Of a stretch of DNA of 64,000 nt, positions 59,701-64,000 are shown in pieces; within the stretch, counting starts at the first letter, position 1; every line of letters starts with the position of its first letter. The stretch is from assembly GCA_045599365.1 (NCBI GenBank), contig JAZRVS010000183.1:8052-72051 (forward strand), in the 5' to 3' direction. Below the pieces are notes generated by a model. That model saw only the letters and a program-made list of their open reading frames with translations. It was not told the origin of the DNA and did no database searches. Both the position numbers and the translations under genes were made by a program. The stretch is from Bacteroidales bacterium. Lineage in GTDB: Bacteria > Bacteroidota > Bacteroidia > Bacteroidales > UBA1715.

Positions 59701-62700
59701 CGGACTCGAATATACAAATGTTCCCGTTGTGACAGTTCCCGTTGTTCGCATCGTAACCTCATCGCTATTTGTTCCTCCTTTACAAACAGATGATTTACTT
59801 GGTGTAAGTGTAATATCTGGATTTTCATAAACTGTCACTGTTTTTGTCACCTGCTCTGCTACACAATGAGCCGAACTTTCAAAATCGTACGTTATTGTAT
59901 GGTCGCCCTTGCCTGCTACACTCGGTGTAAATGCTGCGGTTGTTTCTGTTGTTTTTACCGCAGGCATTCCCCACGTTCCAGTTCCTAAAATACCGTCTGG
60001 TTTTATAGTAGCCGTTATCGTTTGAGCATCATTTACTGATTCACACTGATTTGTCAAATTAGATAGTTCTACTGTTGGTATTGCATTGATTATTACCGAT
60101 TTATCCGTTGCAATTCCTTCACAACCATTTGCATCTTTTACTACTACACCTATAGAATATGTTCCTGCCAATGCAGTAGCTTGTATCGTTGGAGAAGCAA
60201 GTGTTGTTGAATTCAAGACATTTTCAGGCAAACACGTCCACGTTTGACTTGCGTAAGTTTGATTCAAACTCATAGCTATTGGTGTTCCCTCACATACGGC
60301 ATCCTCACTTGACGATATTACTGGCGTTGGTAGTGGATTTACAATCACATCTAACTGAGCAAAATCACTTTCGCAATCATTAACTGTTTGAGTTACATAA
60401 TACGTTGTTGTTGTTGCATCCATTACTGATGGTTTCGGCACACTTGGCAATTTTGCTTTATTTTCATCGTACCATGTTAATGTACCCTCTGCTGTTGCAG
60501 TTAAAGTAGAAACATCAGTTGCGTTTTTACAATACTTTACTGTTTCTGTTACTGGCTTTTGAGGAATTGCATTGACGGTGATAATTGTAGTTGCAGGAAC
60601 TGACTGAACGCAATTATCCTTTGACGTATAAACATACGAAATGGTTTCTGTTTTTGCAGTTGTTCCTGTAAAAATAGCCGTTGTTTCTGTAGACTCTACC
60701 GCATTGGTCCACACTCCCGTACCGCCTACTTCACTTGGAACTGCAGTAAGAGTTGTTGATGTTAAATTACAAATTGAACTTGACGAAGCAGAAATAGTGG
60801 CTGTTGGCAAAGGATGAACAATTATAGTTGCCGTATTTGATCCTTCACAATCATTAGCATCAACAACATCAACCTTAATTGTATATGATTTGTCTGCTGA
60901 TACAGATGGCGCAGTAAATACTTGCGTTGCAGCAGTTAAAGCATCATCAAAATATGAGGAAGCATCACCACTCCACGAAACAGATTTAAATGTTTGTGCA
61001 AGTTCAACCGATGCTGTTTTCCCAGCACAAAGTTCTGTACTACCTAAACTTATTGTTGGTGTAATTTTCGAGTTAATTGTTACCTTCAATGGATTAGAAA
61101 AATCTGATACACAGTTATCTTCTGTTTGTTTTGCATAATATGTTAAAGTTGTTGGAGAAGTTGTACTTGGCGTTGGAGTTCCCGCAATTGCAGTTTTATT
61201 TCCATCAAACCACGATAAGGTTCCCGTTGCAGTTGCCGACAACGGATTTGCCGAAGCATTTATGCAATATGACAAATCCTCCACAATTGGCGCAGCTGGA
61301 ATTGAATTGATTGTTATCGTTTTTGTTTTTTCAGTAGCAACACAGCCTGCTGAACTTGAGTAATTCAAACTCACTTTTATAGTTTCCTTGTTTGAAACTG
61401 TTTTCTTCAACGATGCAGTCAATCCATTAGACGTCAACGATTGAGTAGTTTCATCCGTAGTCCACGTTGCAGTTCCCACGCCACTATCGGAAGCAGTTGC
61501 AGAAAAAATTATTTCTGTTCCACTACACACCGCTGTTTCCGATGCTGTGATATCAGAAAGAGTTGGAATAGCATTAACTGTCAAAGTTGTTTTTTCGGAA
61601 CTTGAGCAACCATTTAATGTAGTTGTTACAGAATAGTCACCACTCATTGCCGTGGTAGTATTCGTCAATACTGGAGATGCTATTGACGAAGAAAAACCAT
61701 TTGGTCCAGTCCAAGAGAAACTTGCCGATGATTGATTAGATGAGCCTTTTAACGTAACCGCTGTTCCCGCACAAACCGAAGCCGAGCCATCTATTGAAGC
61801 CACGGCAGTAGGAATCGGTTTTATGGTAATAGTAGCAGAACCAGTCGTAGTTGTTGCCGTACAATAAGAATCTTTTAGAGCAGATACTGTATATGTTTTT
61901 GTACCTACAATTGTTGGCACAGCTGGGCTGTAAGTATTTTCATTGCTCGTAATATTTGAACTCGTTGTTGTTCCATCGGAATACGTGAACGTGTATGGAG
62001 CAGTTCCCGTGAATGTAAATGTTGCTGGCATAACAGTTTCTTCTTCACAATAGTCTGCTGTTCCAGAAATTGTTACTGTTGGTCTCTCTGCAGTTTTTAT
62101 TTCAATCTCAGCTGTTTTTGAACACTTTTCGAGCGTAGGATTTTCCACATCATATACTTTTATGGTATATGTACCAGCGTCACTTACCGTGTAAACAGCC
62201 TGATCTGTTGTTTTTGGATAACCAGAAATTATGACACCATCTTTATACCATTCTTGAGCAAACTGCGTTGCCGAAACTTGTTTTGTTGGCGTTAACGATG
62301 CCGTTTCACCAACACAAAGCACTTCATCTGAATCGGAACACGTAATTGTTACATCGGCAGGAGTTTCACATTTTACACCTTTGCAAAACAAACCGACCGA
62401 ATTTGTTATGAAATACGTTGCACACGGATTTGTTGGCTTTCCGTTTGTAGCAACCTGTTGCGCAACTGCTTTTGTTTCTCCAATTACAACACGAAACAAA
62501 GTTTCGCCATCTTCCAAATCTTCGCAGTAATGATTTTTAGTTGCTTCTGAGATTGTTATCCACGAAACGCCATCGGTTGACATTTGCCATACATAGCCAT
62601 AATTAGGGAATTGAGAAGCCCAATCGTCAAGATTTATTAAATTGGCAATGTGAACTGGAGTTGCCGCACAATCGAATCCACTAATGTATTTTTTTGATTC

Positions 62701-64000
62701 AACATTATCTAAACACAATACTGCCTGCGGAACTGTTTCCTGACAAATAGAAACTCGAAAATCATCAAATGCTACGGGAACATTCCAAGATGCTTTTCCC
62801 TTAGAAATAACCTTTACTGTAAGATTTCCCGTATAATCAAAAGGTAACACAAAAGAATAGACAAATTGTTTCCATTCGGGAGAACCCGAACCTCCTACTT
62901 TAATAGCATCGGAAACAAGTGTATTCCCAGAACCAGCTTGAACAAGGACTGAATATTCCATATCAGTCCACGAACTTAAAGTTATTGTCTTAAACGAGAA
63001 TATATAATTTTTACAATTGCAAAATGGACCTGCTATTGTCTTTTCAACCACAGTAGATTCCTGTCCACTTAATAATCGAGTATATAAAACAGCATCACCT
63101 TCAACGTGAGAATAATAATCTTCTAACTTTTTTTGATCGCAATCGTAATAACAAGTTGGATTTTTCTGTGGACCAATTGCAGTATAAGGATCACTTGTAA
63201 TTACGTAATCATTTCCTTTAAATTGATTTCCTGGTTCAGAGTATGAATTCAATTTTACAATTGGATTTGTTCGAAGCAGCGTTTTATCTATTACACCAAA
63301 ATCTTCTTTCCAAATCGTTTTCAAATTTTCTTTCAACGAGCAATCGGCAACGGGAGACACTCCAGCCAAAGTATTTGAAATTGAATAATATGAACAACCA
63401 TCTTGCGGACCACCATATTGCGCAATGTACTCTGCTTCAGTTTTTGCATCAGCAGAAGATGTTGAGCCTGTGATAATTACACGATATATTTCCGTTACAT
63501 CTGTTGGAACTTCCCATTCTATAACAGTCTTATCAATACCACTCACCGAGTTCATATTGTTCCATGTAACGCCACCATCAACAGAGCGTTGCCACAAAAA
63601 ATATACTTGTGAATAAATATCTTTCCAAGCGTCAAGGACCTCGGTTGGCACAGAAAATTTTGCAACAAACGCGCAACCAGTAGCACTTGTCGTACTCTCT
63701 TGTGAAACAGTACTCGTAGTGATAAATGGGTCCAAAACCTCTTTATCATCATAACGATATAATGAAATATCATCAATAACAAAGTCGTTACCGCAACCTC
63801 CATTTTTATGATTCACAACTTCAAGTTTAAGTTTGTCACCATCTCCCGCAACAAAATCAACTTTGAATTCTGACCATTTTCGTTCTGCAAACGGATTTGC
63901 ATAGCCAGATCCTGTATTCCCATTATCATCACTTCCATCGGCTTTTTTAGGCATTTCCCATAGTGGAATATCACCAGTTTCTACAGTTTTTACCAATATT
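53797..64000 (-). CDS. Giant cell-surface adhesin-like protein (>3,399 aa, N-terminus outside the window) with dozens of Cys-framed Ig-like modules and a T9SS type B (gliding-motility-associated) C-terminal domain
   Basis: An uninterrupted minus-strand ORF runs to the window edge. It contains many ~75-95 aa modules of the type C.G....L.A......WY......G.Y.Y...Q...GC.S. The C-terminus VPTAFSPTNP...ISVYDKWGNLLWFS...WDGTYDG...DVYIWKMEATF...FGSVTLIR matches the type B CTD pattern. Confidence 0.85.
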   Translation of the reverse strand, partial: ILVKTVETGDIPLWEMPKKADGSDDNGNTGSGYANPFAERKWSEFKVDFVAGDGDKLKLEVVNHKNGGCGNDFVIDDISLYRYDDKEVLDPFITTSTVSQESTTSATGCAFVAKFSVPTEVLDAWKDIYSQVYFLWQRSVDGGVTWNNMNSVSGIDKTVIEWEVPTDVTEIYRVIITGSTSSADAKTEAEYIAQYGGPQDGCSYYSISNTLAGVSPVADCSLKENLKTIWKEDFGVIDKTLLRTNPIVKLNSYSEPGNQFKGNDYVITSDPYTAIGPQKNPTCYYDCDQKKLEDYYSHVEGDAVLYTRLLSGQESTVVEKTIAGPFCNCKNYIFSFKTITLSSWTDMEYSVLVQAGSGNTLVSDAIKVGGSGSPEWKQFVYSFVLPFDYTGNLTVKVISKGKASWNVPVAFDDFRVSICQETVPQAVLCLDNVESKKYISGFDCAATPVHIANLINLDDWASQFPNYGYVWQMSTDGVSWITISEATKNHYCEDLEDGETLFRVVIGETKAVAQQVATNGKPTNPCATYFITNSVGLFCKGVKCETPADVTITCSDSDEVLCVGETASLTPTKQVSATQFAQEWYKDGVIISGYPKTTDQAVYTVSDAGTYTIKVYDVENPTLEKCSKTAEIEIKTAERPTVTISGTADYCEEETVMPATFTFTGTAPYTFTYSDGTTTSSNITSNENTYSPAVPTIVGTKTYTVSALKDSYCTATTTTGSATITIKPIPTAVASIDGSASVCAGTAVTLKGSSNQSSASFSWTGPNGFSSSIASPVLTNTTTAMSGDYSVTTTLNGCSSSEKTTLTVNAIPTLSDITASETAVCSGTEIIFSATASDSGVGTATWTTDETTQSLTSNGLTASLKKTVSNKETIKVSLNYSSSAGCVATEKTKTITINSIPAAPIVEDLSYCINASANPLSATATGTLSWFDGNKTAIAGTPTPSTTSPTTLTYYAKQTEDNCVSDFSNPLKVTINSKITPTISLGSTELCAGKTASVELAQTFKSVSWSGDASSYFDDALTAATQVFTAPSVSADKSYTIKVDVVDANDCEGSNTATIIVHPLPTATISASSSSICNLTSTTLTAVPSEVGGTGVWTNAVESTETTAIFTGTTAKTETISYVYTSKDNCVQSVPATTIITVNAIPQKPVTETVKYCKNATDVSTLTATAEGTLTWYDENKAKLPSVPKPSVMDATTTTYYVTQTVNDCESDFAQLDVIVNPLPTPVISSSEDAVCEGTPIAMSLNQTYASQTWTCLPENVLNSTTLASPTIQATALAGTYSIGVVVKDANGCEGIATDKSVIINAIPTVELSNLTNQCESVNDAQTITATIKPDGILGTGTWGMPAVKTTETTAAFTPSVAGKGDHTITYDFESSAHCVAEQVTKTVTVYENPDITLTPSKSSVCKGGTNSDEVTMRTTGTVTTGTFVYSSPTLTGIQATSGSFLPENEIAGKHSIKLQYTDGNNCSDEIETEVEIHARPVSDITANPTEICDYAQPITLTAKVNGSGITDGVFAGTGVSGKIFTPSTQIKGANTITYNYVDANECSAEEVSMTLLVHHTEQPEVVPASASKLDVTNQTEVPVLMAIGDNIKWYAENDTSSAVKSTGESYIETFIPDGDGKMEVGTYTAYATQTQNGCQSTPKEVTLTITDCVAKAPTGSSYHACVNDDSDVEATAISNQTGADNFCWFTDRFDIPTGTVASLSEAQSSANGSGATFTIVKSLFTEEKTITVYVAEYYEADHCFSAATPVIIDVHARPVPTITNPGSICSTTGEIAVSYAPTTGGAIVSILSAENGTITDNSKWSVYFDATQTSVTDTKLKLTTVETWGATKECVSEVEETFTVTHVLAPKGTGIGTPQVWSSTKLESLPVMDIDYASGLGAILSVKDETNTEIATSSPVVMTSEITGEGEYQYEIKQTLNGCSALAISKWNIVECPTVAPNPESKMICAGDPLPTIDAQGTGANFQWYDESNQLIGTTAILDISTLAGYVSTKDMDTKVYKFSVSQDGDDGAGGRCFGPKADVSITVNALPKIEIEDIPILCYDGTEYEVKATVDGQPATNGLWKIEGETNGISASGIISPNFKDNSADGDFSLKYTYTNATTSCTNEEDKTFHIEYVETPNPTNFNGILTDPKVVELAVSSADVESSASFNWYESKTAISEIFEGELFTTSDDPAIEVSKSYWVEKQIGECVSERAESKVTIVDCPWTVQTVIDATACQNSLESMTTMSATAPAEATIQSWKWLDENNTIVSTTDSYKQTNVSTNGTYSYKVQYEAYEPTSGKYCWSVPADVKTIVYKLPEITFDQDESVVCYTTPSERIAVTVDYGTNGEGSGLWSVTGDASAISNSGIFYPQTNGEMSGNYTITYSYTDAKSCKNTASRNISVIYLSQPVTTDFYGMTSQKNPVKISATAPDYADLKWFTTDNSTTNAVGEGSLWATGDAYDKLVNKNYYARQTKDGCFSEPAIANVHIVDCPIPSVTISDESACDYEDIPTLSATTNDWSERNASLSSFNYYTSETASIPEYSSTDGLYQPAELTSDVTTYFVTEYNSIPLNGLSNEEGCESQRVKVKLTKITTDVPTISSSIQSGMVCFGDENPTMIATNFAGDVLWFENDPDAEGEPTSVECGSGMTFVPSEEEVGEHTVWALQLANGCYSKRTSVSFMVKPIPGEPTTQSAEICYGDNPKEITAEGENNAVIVWYDNNSSELLRGNKVYASKEIFIGTYSYYASQIVDGCEGPKTLTTYLIKPLPSVPVVLPQNNICEYDEAPLLTASGENIVWYASDKLSKIGEGESYSVDDMSIGMKRFYASQTVDGCEGEMTPISFSVNSKPSNPIVIGASMCQGDTLIPSLETNLNIDKWYADNNATMYLTTGYHYTPVESQIDASLTMYVQREQNGCLSEIVPVVLNVIPQPNFSIGEDIIACVYDSIRVIQAMDFEPPITENSYIGWNIEKGRNSVALVDNMEHNIQPVDVISETGTYTISAFYRYKYDNVSCNSQVKTISYEVKKRARTPIVFSNVICKGAEIKDLRALGSPNMVWQSLSGVKPTFYEGTKYKFETQDLDTGMYLFEIYDRDVYDTENNLGCESLHDTISMTVAPAAQTKLFGVDSVCVSATEQYYTQYTKGSNYMWNVTGGNLNYAKDMSSTSVRYVDWLNAGIDTIMVYEQTWAGCEGFDTLVVRVAPVPKASFTMDLPGASNKIELTDATIQDSLWYKNDDGELVAEPIMYTMEWNYGYQGEDPTIVDTIVDFEHRYYPFVVGNYTYGYNCPTLTVVNTYGCTDVNNECIFVNVTSSLFVPTAFSPTNPAHTVRQFGPKGYNLKTCEISVYDKWGNLLWFSNEVKDGMFVGMWDGTYDGKMMQSDVYIWKMEATFLDGQTWEGFDAGNNKKTKFGSVTLIR

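Noticed and set aside
53826-63616. Numerous 60-160 aa ORFs antisense to or out of frame with the giant adhesin gene (for example 53826..54317 and 57485..57868)
   Set aside because: All are nested within a continuous 10.2 kb ORF with clear protein-domain periodicity, so they are typical shadow ORFs. The same applies to the nested ORFs inside pckA, rseP, dxr, dxs, the AsmA-like genes and others.

Overview
This is a chromosomal segment from a low-GC Bacteroidota genome, probably Bacteroidales-like. The evidence is T9SS type A and type B C-terminal sorting domains, TAnnTTTG -7 promoter boxes upstream of all three tRNAs and many genes, and a Bacteroides-like PckA. Most of the window is housekeeping: pckA, rseP, dxr, dxs, frr, panCD, rfaE-like, cobB-like, an NSS transporter, two AsmA-like proteins, tRNA-Asn, tRNA-Leu and tRNA-Gln. 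Seven things stand out. (1) A roughly 4.7 kb accessory island (about 9654..14383) is wedged between rseP and dxr. It carries a type II-like R-M system with two separate XRE-type regulators and palindromic operators. It also carries a translationally coupled three-gene cassette, small protein / DUF3990-like / small protein. The middle protein has an N-terminus reminiscent of H-Y-E ADP-ribosyltransferases, and I consider this cassette the best candidate for an uncharacterised toxin-antitoxin or defence module. (2) A 160-166 bp interspersed repeat family with internal dyad symmetry is present in 3 copies. (3) A 12 x 7 bp tandem repeat abuts the promoter of a T9SS-secreted GH8 enzyme. (4) An LtaS/sulfatase-like gene is interrupted by a single in-frame TGA. 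(5) A relic HsdR C-terminus lies next to tRNA-Gln. (6) A giant adhesin of more than 3,399 aa carries a T9SS type B CTD and runs off the window. (7) An unannotated 31-codon hydrophobic ORF is start/stop-coupled to the NSS transporter. No CRISPR array, rRNA, transposase or integrase was seen. All family assignments come from motif recognition by eye; no database searches or numerical computations were run.
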